The notes beneath the pieces are model-generated. The model was given only the letters and a program-made list of their open reading frames with translations, made no database searches and had not been told where the DNA came from. DNA of 64,000 nucleotides, from assembly GCA_016218585.1 (NCBI GenBank), contig JACRDK010000010.1, forward strand, positions 4,974 to 68,973. The letters are read 5' to 3'. Shown here piece after piece: positions 19,566-28,797 of this stretch. Made by a program: the position numbers and the translations under genes. Source of the stretch: Candidatus Doudnabacteria bacterium. Its GTDB lineage: Bacteria > Patescibacteriota > Doudnabacteria > UBA920. The stretch's first letter is position 1. Each line of letters begins with the position of its first letter.

Positions 19566-20243
19566 TTATTTTATCCTGCCAAAGACAATTAGGTTGTCGC
19601 TGTATCGTGCGGCTTTTTTGTTATAACTGCCGCTGCAGGTAATTAATCTTATCGCCGGGTAAGGCAACTGGCCATAGACTTCCGCGGTGGGAAAATTATC
19701 TTGAGAAAATTTTTCCACGCGCTCCACTGTATATACAACCACCGAGCCGTTGCTTCGTTCAATGCTTATTTCCGAACCCAAAGTTATTTTGTGTAAATCA
19801 GCAAACACGGCCGGCCCTTTGGCGGAATCTAAGTGCCCGACTATAACAGCAGTGCCAACTTCTCCGGGCTTGGCCCCATAAATAAACCAGCCTACCGCCA
19901 TGCTTTCAACCGGCACTTCAATGCCATGCTTTGCACCTAAGGCCAGCTGTTCAAATCCCGCATCAATGTTTAAGCTGGGAATATTTAGCCTTTCCGGATT
20001 CGGAATATTATATGGCTGAATTGTTGGGGCAGTGGAGCGTGGCAATACTGGCGCGGCTGCTTGGGGTTGTTTGCTGTTCGAAGATTTAATTGCGCCATTG
20101 GCAATTAAGGTGGAGCCAAACAGAGCCAGGCCAATAATTAACAGTTTTAGTATTGGCCTGGATTTTTTGTCGGTTTTTTCCTGCTCCAGAGCAGGGTTTA
20201 AAACAGGTTTAACAGTTTTGTTTTTATCATTAGTTTTTAACAT
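19566..20243 (-). CDS. Class F sortase
   Basis: PGEVGTAVIVGHLD, AVFADL, IRLITCSG, YSDNLIV. Confidence 0.9.
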   Translation of the reverse strand: MLKTNDKNKTVKPVLNPALEQEKTDKKSRPILKLLIIGLALFGSTLIANGAIKSSNSKQPQAAAPVLPRSTAPTIQPYNIPNPERLNIPSLNIDAGFEQLALGAKHGIEVPVESMAVGWFIYGAKPGEVGTAVIVGHLDSAKGPAVFADLHKITLGSEISIERSNGSVVVYTVERVEKFSQDNFPTAEVYGQLPYPAIRLITCSGSYNKKAARYSDNLIVFGRIK

Positions 20244-21315
20244 ATGAGTTTTTACCCCTCACCGCAAACCAAGCAAGCATTCCCGCGGCCAATAAAGTTG
20301 TCAGGCCAAACAGGATGTTAGAGTTGCTGTTTGAGGGACCGGAACCGGCATTTACGCCGCCGACCGGAGTAGTGTTAACAGGATTGGTTACCGCAGTAGC
20401 CGCTCCAAGCATAACTACGTTAGAAAAAGTTGAGCCATTCGGGCAGGTAACAATTAAGGTGATTGGGTCGTTGCCCATAGAACCAGGTAAGAAGACTGTG
20501 GAACTAAAAGCGCCGTTGCTGTTGGTTTGGTTGTTGGAAGAAGTAAGCATAGTTGGGCCGCCGCTGCGCATATAACTGAAATTGACCGCGCCATTGGCGT
20601 TGCTGCTGACATTATTACAAACGCCGGAAATATAGGAATTGGCGTTGAGTAGGGGGTTGGCGCTAAATTCAAAAGAGTTAACAGCCACCGGGTCCAGGTT
20701 AACGCTGGAAGAAAAAGTATTGCCATTGGAACAGACGGCGTTAAAAGTCGCAGGTCCTGTGCTTATGCCGTTCGGAACAATTACACTGGCGGTAAAGTTG
20801 CCGGTGGAATTTAAATTCACATTGTTTAAAGAATAGTTGCTGCCGGCTTTGTTTAAATTAATTTGCACGCTGCCGCCGCCGTTGGAGTTGCCGCAAGCGC
20901 CGGACAGGTTATAGAGGCCGCCAACGGAAGGCGGGGAGCTTGGCAAATTAAATGACGAACTTACCGGAGAGGCAAAGGTTAAGACCGGTGAATTAATAAC
21001 ATCGCCGCTGCGGGAGCAGCTTGCTATTATAGTAGCTTGTCCGGCGTTGTAGGAACTCGGCAGGCTAATACTGCCGGAGAAGGCGCCGCTGGAATCGGTG
21101 GAAAGATTATTGCTAAGCTGAGTGTTGTTGCCGTTTTGCGACAGCGCAAAACTCACATTGCTGTTTGCTCCCAAACTGCCGCAGGTGCTGGTAACAGTCA
21201 CGGTGCTGCCCTGGCTGGGAAAATAGTTGCTAACGGTGAAGGTATTGTTTAATGTTGCCGCGGAAGCAAAAAAAGGCAGGAGAGCCACAGCGGACAATAG
21301 AAGAATTTTTTTCAT
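20230..21315 (-). CDS. Ser/Asn/Gly-rich surface protein with three Ig-like repeats; probable sortase F substrate
   Basis: Signal peptide; three repeats each with a Cys pair; C-terminal TPVGGVNAG, TM, basic tail; overlaps the sortase start. Confidence 0.8.
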   Translation of the reverse strand: MKKILLLSAVALLPFFASAATLNNTFTVSNYFPSQGSTVTVTSTCGSLGANSNVSFALSQNGNNTQLSNNLSTDSSGAFSGSISLPSSYNAGQATIIASCSRSGDVINSPVLTFASPVSSSFNLPSSPPSVGGLYNLSGACGNSNGGGSVQINLNKAGSNYSLNNVNLNSTGNFTASVIVPNGISTGPATFNAVCSNGNTFSSSVNLDPVAVNSFEFSANPLLNANSYISGVCNNVSSNANGAVNFSYMRSGGPTMLTSSNNQTNSNGAFSSTVFLPGSMGNDPITLIVTCPNGSTFSNVVMLGAATAVTNPVNTTPVGGVNAGSGPSNSNSNILFGLTTLLAAGMLAWFAVRGKNSYVKN

Positions 21316-21499
21316 AAAATTCCTTTCTTTAAATTAGGATAAAACTGTATTTTTAGAGTTGCGGTTTGGCCGCTTTGAGTTAAGATTTCCGTTAATTTTT
21401 CTATTCGTCTTCAAGCCCATAAAAGAGTTGTCTGTTTTCGGCCGGCGCTATTGCTTGCAAGTGAGGGTTCTAACACCTGGGAGTTGGCGCTAAACAGAG

Positions 21500-21745
21500 T
21501 TAATCCGGGCTGGATAAATGTTGATAATTGTTATTGGTAATGTATTCCTCGCCCAATGCAATAATCAGTTCGGCTGTCCTTAAGGCCTCTTTGTACCATT
21601 TTTCCATTACTAAATCGTCGTAAAAGGGAATTGCTTTAACTTTTGCTTTGTGAATGCCGTCGTCTTCCGCCGGGCCTTCCCGCGCCGCGGAGATTCTAAT
21701 TTTCAGCAGTTCTTTGGCCAGAACCACCACATCTTCCTTTTTCAT
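21500..21745 (-). CDS. Hypothetical protein
   Basis: 81-aa ORF abutting the ArsR stop. Confidence 0.55.
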   Translation of the reverse strand: MKKEDVVVLAKELLKIRISAAREGPAEDDGIHKAKVKAIPFYDDLVMEKWYKEALRTAELIIALGEEYITNNNYQHLSSPD

Positions 21746-22051
21746 TTAAACAATGTCATCTATTATAGACTGAGCTATGGCATTGTCGGCCCGCAGTTTA
21801 TAAAACACTTTTTGCCCCTGTTTGTCTTTTTCCAAAATCCCGCCTTGCTCTAAAATTTTTAAATGTTGGGAAGTGAGCGGAATGGAAACTTTAAGAATTT
21901 TGGCAATATCGCTTACGGCCAGTCTGTTGCTTTTGCCCAGCATTTCAAAAATCCGGTAGCGGTTTGTATCGCCAAGAATTTTAAAAATTAACCGTTGATT
22001 ATTGCCGTTGAAATTTTTTCTTATTTTGAGAATTTGTTTATTGGTAAGCAT
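21746..22051 (-). CDS. ArsR/SmtB-family regulator
   Basis: FKILGDTNRYRI...SQHLKILE...GQKVFYKL; AAGGAG SD. Confidence 0.9.
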   Translation of the reverse strand: MLTNKQILKIRKNFNGNNQRLIFKILGDTNRYRIFEMLGKSNRLAVSDIAKILKVSIPLTSQHLKILEQGGILEKDKQGQKVFYKLRADNAIAQSIIDDIV

Positions 22052-22674
22052 AACCGCTCCTTATATTTAATCAACCATTGGTCTTACGCTTTTTACCTTA
22101 AAATTTTGTTAAAAAATAAAAGGCGTAAGGTCAATAGCCAATTAAATACTTAATTAATAATTTAAGTATTTAGCTATCTATTTTAAGCCTACTCTCTATT
22201 ACCATTGGTGTATATAGCAAGCGCGCAAGTTATGCACTTGTTGTGAACTTTTGCGCGCTTTTTTACCCATTAATTTCATTTAAGTAGTTAATTAAACGTT
22301 TAACTGCACCACTAAATATTTCTTAAGGCTTAGTGCAGGCGGTTATGTTGTAATACGCGCATTTTGCTATATACAGGACAGGTAATAGAGCCTATGCTTA
22401 ATGAGCCAAGGAGAAAAACTTTTACATGAACATTAAAAACTGGATGCGTCTTCTAAAAACATTTCTGTTTCAATTGAGTAACTACAGGCGGCTAGCCTAT
22501 GTCAAAATAACTTAAGCTCAACATTGGAAAATAAATGGCAGCAAGACGCGTGTGTAGAAAGAGCAGGCAAAAAAATGGAGGGCGCTGCCTGCTCTGGAAA
22601 CTTTGGCCCAAGCTAACTTATAACTTAAGCCTGGCTTAAAAAAAGAAAAGCACGGGCAATAGAAAGGCAGAATT

Positions 22675-22779
22675 ATGTCAGACGACACAAAACCAGCAAC
22701 ACCTACGCCAACAACAACAGCTTCTGTAGAAACAAAACCAGAAGGCACTAAGCCAACAACTCCTCCTACAACTAAGTAG
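22675..22779 (+). CDS. Small Pro/Thr-rich peptide, 34 aa, paralog of 18192-18299 (not in ORF track)
   Basis: MSDDTKPATPTPTTTASVETKPEGTKPTTPPTTK; AGAAAGG upstream, terminator at 22788-22818. Confidence 0.65.
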   Translation: MSDDTKPATPTPTTTASVETKPEGTKPTTPPTTK

Positions 22780-22826
22780 TGAAGAGCAAAAAGCCCCCGC
22801 AAGTTGCGGGGGCTTTTTGTAATTAA

Positions 22827-22855
22827 TGCAACCTTTTTAAAAGTTTGTGGTTATA
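22827..22855 (+). promoter_or_regulatory. ECF-type promoter upstream of the sigma gene
   Basis: TGCAACC-N16-GTTATA; same boxes and spacing recur at 23443-23471. Confidence 0.65.
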
Positions 22856-22886
22856 CTATTATATAGAGAATAATAGTTTTCAGTTT

Positions 22887-23522
22887 ATGGATTTAGCCCA
22901 AGAACGGGAATTGGTGGAAAAATCAAGAAAAGATCCGGAAAGCTTTGGCAGGCTTTTTGATATTTACTATGGCAAAATTTTTGCCTATATTTTTAAGCGC
23001 ACCGGGCACACGCAGGCCAGCCAGGATATAACCTCGGAAGTATTTTTAAAAGCCTATAACAAACTATGGCAATTTCGCTGGATGAATTTAAGTTTTGGCT
23101 CGTGGCTTTATAAAATTGCGGGCAATGAAGTGAATAACTATTTTAAAAAAGGAAAAACAGCTCCCATTCCGGCGGAGTTTATAGAGGAACTGGAACACCT
23201 GGGAGTTTGCGCTCCCAGCGCGGAGCTGGAATTTTTAGGGCTAGAACAGCAGCAGGCATCCTTACAGGATTTGCATTTATTGCACCGGGAAATTTTAAAC
23301 CTGCCGCCAAAATACCAGGAAGTTATGGCTTTGCGCTATTTTGAAGATTATAGCTTAAAAGAAATTTGCAAAATTTTGGGGAAAAAAGAAGGAACCGTAA
23401 AATCCCTGCTGTCGCGCGGGGTGGATATGCTGGAAAAGAAATTGCAACCTAATTCTACGAATGAAGTTATATCTACGAAGACGATAATTAAAAGTACCAG
23501 CTATGAACAAACAGGAAATTGA
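22887..23522 (+). CDS. ECF RNA polymerase sigma factor
   Basis: QDITSEVFLKAY, SFGSWLYKIA, LPPKYQEV.ALRY...GTVKSLLSRG. Confidence 0.93.
   Translation: MDLAQERELVEKSRKDPESFGRLFDIYYGKIFAYIFKRTGHTQASQDITSEVFLKAYNKLWQFRWMNLSFGSWLYKIAGNEVNNYFKKGKTAPIPAEFIEELEHLGVCAPSAELEFLGLEQQQASLQDLHLLHREILNLPPKYQEVMALRYFEDYSLKEICKILGKKEGTVKSLLSRGVDMLEKKLQPNSTNEVISTKTIIKSTSYEQTGN
23443..23471 (+). promoter_or_regulatory. Second ECF promoter copy, inside the sigma 3' end and upstream of the anti-sigma gene
   Basis: TGCAACC-N16-GTTATA. Confidence 0.55.
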
Positions 23523-24369
23523 AAAAAGCTTAGGGGTTATGTCCCAGTGGCAACCCTTAGTCCCAACCGGACATAAACACCAGCTCAAACTGGCGCTGCT
23601 TCAATACGGATTAAAAAACCGTCCTGGCGTTTGGGCTTGGTTAAAGAAAGCGGGAAAACATATGCAACAGAATTTTAAAATAGCTTCATTTGTCGCCGGA
23701 ACTATGGTCGGCGTGTTAATGTTTAGCGGCGTGCAATACGCCAACAATTCGCCGGAGCTGGCAAAGTATAACCCGTTTGCCACGCCAACGGCGCAGGCCA
23801 AAGCCGAAGTGCGCAATGTAATGCACCGGGTGAGCTTGTTGTCGGAAGACCAGCGCGTGGAATTGGAAAAGAAATTTAAGTTAGATATGACTCAGTCTTT
23901 AAAGGAAGCTTATGAAGCAAAAGATTTGGTAATTTCCGACGCCTCCCAGTTTCAGCCGGTTGAAGGTATGCCAAATACCATTGCTTTAACGCAAAGTTCT
24001 AATGCCGGGTTTGTTACTACTTCTTCCGGAAATGCTTCCACAGCGCCTCTTAGCGTTAGCGGAGCAATGGGTTTTGCGGTTTCCAATGTGGGAACAGGGG
24101 AAGGGGCAGAAAATTCTTCCGTATCTTTGAATGCCGGAACTGTGACCGCGGTTGGCGGGATGAAGAAATTGTCTAAGCGCCTTACCTATACAGACCCTCA
24201 AGGAAATAAAACCGTACTGATGCTGGACGAAGACGGATTGCCGGTAATGAAAATGACAATGCTTTCCGATGAAGAATCTTTAAAACTGAAACAGCAAGCG
24301 GACAGGGGAGAAGTGCTAACCCTCCCGGCCACTGGAGCAACCTTTCATACGGAAGTTGAAGAAAAGTAA
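23503..24369 (+). CDS. Putative membrane anti-sigma factor
   Basis: Overlaps the ECF gene; N-terminal helix, one TM, extracytoplasmic domain. Confidence 0.7.
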   Translation: MNKQEIEKSLGVMSQWQPLVPTGHKHQLKLALLQYGLKNRPGVWAWLKKAGKHMQQNFKIASFVAGTMVGVLMFSGVQYANNSPELAKYNPFATPTAQAKAEVRNVMHRVSLLSEDQRVELEKKFKLDMTQSLKEAYEAKDLVISDASQFQPVEGMPNTIALTQSSNAGFVTTSSGNASTAPLSVSGAMGFAVSNVGTGEGAENSSVSLNAGTVTAVGGMKKLSKRLTYTDPQGNKTVLMLDEDGLPVMKMTMLSDEESLKLKQQADRGEVLTLPATGATFHTEVEEK

Positions 24370-24426
24370 AAAAGATAAAGTATAACTAAAAAAAACAGCA
24401 CAGGTCTAGAGCCTGTGCTGTTTTTT
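24334..24426 (+). repeat. Direct repeat copy 1: anti-sigma 3' end plus terminator
   Basis: GGAGCAACCTTTCATACGGAAGTTGAAGAAAAGTAA...CAGCACAGGTCTAGAGCCTGTGCTG. Confidence 0.9.
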
Positions 24427-24488
24427 TGACTTGTAAATTAACCTTTAAATGTAGTATTATTAGCCCAGCCTGCGAAGGAGGCAGAATA

Positions 24489-25193
24489 GTGGAACGTTAC
24501 AAAATAAATACCGTATCGCGAGAAACCGAGCTGCAAATAGCTCAATGGGCAAAAGCGGGTTATGAACACCCGCTCACCGAGCAGTACAAGCATGGTCCGC
24601 ATTTAAATAAACTCCACAATGGCCGGTACTCGGCGAACATTGTCGGGTTTATACTCGTAGGGAAGTTCGGCGAGCCTGGCACGGCCCACGAGCGGCTTCG
24701 GAAAGTTCAGGGCCGGTATTGGGAACTGCTTGGGCTAACCGAAGACCAGTGTGCGCCCCTCGAAGATCTCGCTGCATTTCAAGACTGCAACGACATCGGC
24801 ACTGAAACCATCATCCACGATCTTTTCAACGTGTTACATCTGGAGGCGCACGTTTGCGGGGAAAACGAGTGGAGCCTCACCGGCGATTTCTTGGCTTCGG
24901 GGGCTGTTGTCATTCTGCCCGTTTCTGAACAGGCCAAAGAATGGCTCAAACTCGCTCTGGAACCTCGCAACTTCGAATTGCGGAACGTGCGCGTCAACAA
25001 TCTGTTAACAGGCATGGATGACTGCGTCGAAATGCGCGTATGCACCAACGGCGCCGGGGACTTGGCGGTCTTCGTCGACTATCAAGGTGTCAAACAGGAC
25101 GCCCTCGACCTGCGCCTCTGGTGGCTGACGAGGATGCTCAACCATTTCATGTCCAAGCGCATTGCCGCAATCAAACGTCGCGATGTGGCGTAA
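24489..25193 (+). CDS. Hypothetical ORFan bracketed by the direct repeat
   Basis: AAGGAGG plus GTG at 24489; own terminator at about 25211-25252. Confidence 0.75.
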   Translation: MERYKINTVSRETELQIAQWAKAGYEHPLTEQYKHGPHLNKLHNGRYSANIVGFILVGKFGEPGTAHERLRKVQGRYWELLGLTEDQCAPLEDLAAFQDCNDIGTETIIHDLFNVLHLEAHVCGENEWSLTGDFLASGAVVILPVSEQAKEWLKLALEPRNFELRNVRVNNLLTGMDDCVEMRVCTNGAGDLAVFVDYQGVKQDALDLRLWWLTRMLNHFMSKRIAAIKRRDVA

Positions 25194-25262
25194 CTTCCAA
25201 CATCAACCAAAAAAGCGGCCTGCGCGAAGTCTAAACTTCCGCCGGCCGCTTTGTCTATTACC

Positions 25263-25359
25263 GGAGCAATTTTTCATACAGAAGTTGAAGAAAAATAAAA
25301 AAAGATAAAGTATAACTAAATAAAAAAACAGCGCAGGTCTAGAACCTGTGCTGTTTTTT
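25263..25359 (+). repeat. Direct repeat copy 2
   Basis: GGAGCAATTTTTCATACAGAAGTTGAAGAAAAATAA...CAGCGCAGGTCTAGAACCTGTGCTG; encodes GAIFHTEVEEK*. Confidence 0.9.
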
Positions 25360-26070
25360 ATACTTTGGTAATACTAACTCGCCGTTATACCCATAGGAGT
25401 GCAGTATTGCTTGCCATGCCATTTGAAGTAGTTCTTGAACAGGCACATCGGACTTAATATGCAAAGGATCTTCTTTTGATCCCAATCCCTCTAACCAGCC
25501 CCACTCTAGACCTCTTGTTTCTATTCCTGCATCGTGGATAAAGCCAGACCTGACGCGAATCCATAAATGATCTATGACATCCGAAAATTTTAAAATACTT
25601 TTATTATACTTGAATAGTTCCTCGACTTTGTATCTTTTTGCAATGTCAACCTTTGTTGATTCTGGCAGATTTTCTTCAAGAAATTGAGTTATTTTCTTTT
25701 GTTTCTTATTCCAGAAACCAGCCTTTCCTTTTGCGGTAATTTCCAGCATACCGAACATTATAACAATCATAAATTGAGACCACGTAATTTCCGAATAAAA
25801 TTTATAAAGACCATTTTCTGATTCTGTATTTAAAAGAGTCTTAAGTGGCAGAGCATGTATCTCAAAATAGTTTATTGCATTTACTAGCAACTTCTTTTTA
25901 TCGTCAGCTAACTTTTACAGAGTAGGAAGAAATTCTTCTGATAGTTCGTACCCAATTTGTATGTACTTTTGCTGTTCTTGCCCCCAAGAGTGAACGCGTC
26001 CAAAATATCCTGATTCTGGGCTTAGTACTTCAATTAACTTTCGGTTGATTTTTTCGTTTTGTTCACTCAT
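25339..26070 (-). pseudogene. HEPN-like (RxxxxH) protein interrupted by an in-frame TAA
   Basis: ATG 26070 overlaps the upstream stop (ATGA); frame open except for TAA at 25917-25915; RSGFIH motif. Confidence 0.65.
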
Positions 26071-26831
26071 AGAGCTAGATTATTCTGAGTTTTTATCTGG
26101 TGATATTCTTCAATGTTTTTACAAAGCTTGATTCCTAGATCTGTTAAACGATCAGCAGAACGTATTCCGCTCCTGTCACTATAAGTTCTATCGCTGATGA
26201 GCTTTTGGTCGATTAACATAACTTCATCATTTTCAACTAATCCTGCTGAGTTATGACCCGCTAGTCTCGCTATCGTACTTAGCCATCCACTAGCTTCTCC
26301 TGTCATAGCAAGAGTAGAATCTTCCTTCTTATAAACTTTATAAGCCGCCCTTAATGTCAAAAGTTGTGAAGATGTTAATTTTTTTGTTATTTGGAATACC
26401 TGATAATTAAGTATTTCTTCCCCGTCTTTTTCTTTGATAACTGCAAAAAACATCGCTTTTATTGCATCAAATCTGTCTTCATCAGGAGCTTCATTATCTA
26501 TAAAATTTAGCAACTCCGCAAAACTATCAACTGCATATTTTTTGTCCCCATAGTTCGGCTTAATTTTGCCTTTATCTAACAAGAATTGCAATTCTTGGCC
26601 TAGCTGCTGTTTCATCTTGCCAACCAAAGCACCTTGTAAAATTCTACCTCCTGCCAAAATTATTTCCTCTTTTCCCATAGCTAAACCCGCACTTATAATA
26701 GCAGCAATTTTTGTCTTCGGTTGATCCAAGAGTATTTCTAAATCTTTTGGATTACGGTAAGATAAAAGTTCCCCTTGAATCGCAGAGGGTTTAAATGAAT
26801 CCAACTTTTTTACTTTATTATCTTCGTTCAT
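26067..26831 (-). CDS. Hypothetical protein, possibly Abi-alpha/DUF4393-like
   Basis: AT-rich 254-aa ORF with a C-terminal RLTDLGIKLC wHTH-like end; translationally coupled to the HEPN-like gene. Confidence 0.65.
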   Translation of the reverse strand: MNEDNKVKKLDSFKPSAIQGELLSYRNPKDLEILLDQPKTKIAAIISAGLAMGKEEIILAGGRILQGALVGKMKQQLGQELQFLLDKGKIKPNYGDKKYAVDSFAELLNFIDNEAPDEDRFDAIKAMFFAVIKEKDGEEILNYQVFQITKKLTSSQLLTLRAAYKVYKKEDSTLAMTGEASGWLSTIARLAGHNSAGLVENDEVMLIDQKLISDRTYSDRSGIRSADRLTDLGIKLCKNIEEYHQIKTQNNLAL

Positions 26832-26896
26832 AATATTTTATGTGCAAATTTCATTAAATTTCAAAGTCGCAAGCTATGTAGCATATTTTTGTTAAT

Positions 26897-28024
26897 TTAT
26901 TTACCATAATTATTTAGGACAATTTTATATAGAGTTGATGTTGTCCTAGATTTTGTAAAAGTGCTTTCGTAGAGGGTTTCTCCATTATCAAGTATGTATG
27001 GGTTGTCTAAATAATATTCAGCAATAAAACCAAACATATTATGAGGAATTTCTCTATAACCTAATGCCTCAGCTAAACTTATTTTATCATTTACAATATA
27101 TGGGTTGCCATGATTCCATGAATTATCAAACAGCCAGTTTCCGTTATCGTATTGAAGGACCGTAATTGCCCATTTATGGTCACACCAATGGCATTCAAAA
27201 TCATCTTTTAAATTTATCTGAGGATGCCCTAAAATAAGACGATATGTATCATCCTCCCCTAATTTTGCCCATTTAATAAAGGTATCAGTATCGATAATAT
27301 TTATGGAGATTTTTTTGTCATTATTAATTAAATCTATGGGTTTGGTAAATTCTTCATCTGCAGGTTTTAAAACCAAACATGTCCTCGCGACGCATTCTTT
27401 ATTATATGATAAATTTGGGAGAAATACTTCTTTATAGTTTCCATTAATGTTGTCAATAACAAAATTTATAAGATTCGTTCCACTACCGCAAACATTCCCA
27501 AGCATAGTAAAAATTATTTGTTTTTTCCCCTCATTATTTAAGTCTAAAACCTGACTCTTGTATATCCATAAATCTGTATTATCATCTTTGAACTGCGGTC
27601 TAAATTCATATTTTTTATTATACGGAATAGAAAAGGCGGAAAATAGCAAATTTTGGTTTTTTCTTTCGTATATTTGAATTATTGGCGGTTTTAATGATGG
27701 TGATTTATTAGAACATTGAAGTTTAAAATTTTTATCATTTGCAATTACTAATAAAGAACCGTCTCCATAACCAGCTAAATCAACTTGTTGAATTTGGACA
27801 TCATAATCAGTACCGATTTTGTATTTAATAAATTGTGCAATCCTTTCATTGCTATAATTACTCGGTAATTTACCATAAATAAATACAGAAATAATTATTA
27901 TAAAAATATAGCTAAATAGTAGTTTTACGACATCCTTTCCTTGATCTTTTAAAATTGATAGAATAGATTTTTTTATACCTGGAAAGAAATCTTTAATTTT
28001 ATTAGTGTATTCTTTATATGACAT
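26897..28024 (-). CDS. Membrane-anchored extracellular hypothetical protein
   Basis: 375 aa, one N-terminal TM, FG-GAP-like DLAGYG and DLNNEG motifs, CHWC; AT-rich. Confidence 0.7.
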   Translation of the reverse strand: MSYKEYTNKIKDFFPGIKKSILSILKDQGKDVVKLLFSYIFIIIISVFIYGKLPSNYSNERIAQFIKYKIGTDYDVQIQQVDLAGYGDGSLLVIANDKNFKLQCSNKSPSLKPPIIQIYERKNQNLLFSAFSIPYNKKYEFRPQFKDDNTDLWIYKSQVLDLNNEGKKQIIFTMLGNVCGSGTNLINFVIDNINGNYKEVFLPNLSYNKECVARTCLVLKPADEEFTKPIDLINNDKKISINIIDTDTFIKWAKLGEDDTYRLILGHPQINLKDDFECHWCDHKWAITVLQYDNGNWLFDNSWNHGNPYIVNDKISLAEALGYREIPHNMFGFIAEYYLDNPYILDNGETLYESTFTKSRTTSTLYKIVLNNYGK

Positions 28025-28076
28025 AGCTTCGTTGTTGAAAAAAGCTCAGAATTATCCCGTCTCATTATAGACATTA

Positions 28077-28135
28077 TAAGTATGCTACTGTAATTTCCCT
28101 CTGTCAATTTGCTTAATTTGTCCGGGAAAGGGGAG
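28077..28135 (-). repeat. Linker module A (promoter TTGACA-N17-CATACT plus core), copy 1
   Basis: 59 bp identical to 28646-28704. Confidence 0.95.
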
Positions 28136-28169
28136 ATAAAAACAAAACACCGCTATAGGCGGTGCTAAG

Positions 28170-28616
28170 TTAATTTTCGATGATTTGAATTTGGTTCTCG
28201 GAAAACAAGGGTTTGAGTCTGTTGTAGATTTCTAAATTTACCCCCAAAATTATAACATACAACTTGTTTTTTAAATTTATTTCAATACTTCTATAAGTTC
28301 CGTCGGGTCTGGAAAGAATGGTTCTTTTAATAACGACATTTTTAATGTCAGAATATTTGATTAATATAGGGGTTTGTGAAAATGGTGAAAAGTTTGTGTT
28401 TTTTAAAACAAAGCCATCTTTTTGTAATTTTATTGAATCTTTTGCGCCACCCCTGCCTATAGGGAAGAAATAAATTTTTGCGAAAATTGAACGTACGGGT
28501 ATTTCCTCGCCCTCTATTTTTTCCCAACCGGATACTAATTTATAATAATTGTAGTTTGTAATGCAAAAAAATGTCAAAATTCCTAAAGCAATAATTATAA
28601 ATAGATAATTAATCAT
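28170..28616 (-). CDS. Hypothetical single-TM protein (PH-like fold possible)
   Basis: ATG 28616; the track's TTG start is the -35 box. Confidence 0.7.
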   Translation of the reverse strand: MINYLFIIIALGILTFFCITNYNYYKLVSGWEKIEGEEIPVRSIFAKIYFFPIGRGGAKDSIKLQKDGFVLKNTNFSPFSQTPILIKYSDIKNVVIKRTILSRPDGTYRSIEINLKNKLYVIILGVNLEIYNRLKPLFSENQIQIIEN

Positions 28617-28645
28617 TGAATTAAAATAGTTTAAATCACTTAAGT

Positions 28646-28783
28646 TAAGTATGCTACTGTAATTTCCCTCTGTCAATTTGCTTAATTTGTCCGGGAAAGG
28701 GGAGGGGAAAATAGGAGAACCGCAAGCGGGGGCGCTTGCGGTTTCGTTGCTATTGTTGGTCGATGGCCGTTTGCCCCCAGGCC
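28646..28783 (-). repeat. Linker module A copy 2 fused to module B (3' hairpin, CAACA linker, terminator) copy 1
   Basis: 28646-28704 equals 28077-28135; 28705-28783 matches 30762-30840 with 2 mismatches. Confidence 0.95.
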
Positions 28784-28797
28784 GTTGGCGTCGGAAT

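Noticed and set aside
22518-22802. 94-aa minus-strand ORF
   Set aside because: Antisense shadow of the Pro/Thr peptide gene; starts inside a terminator
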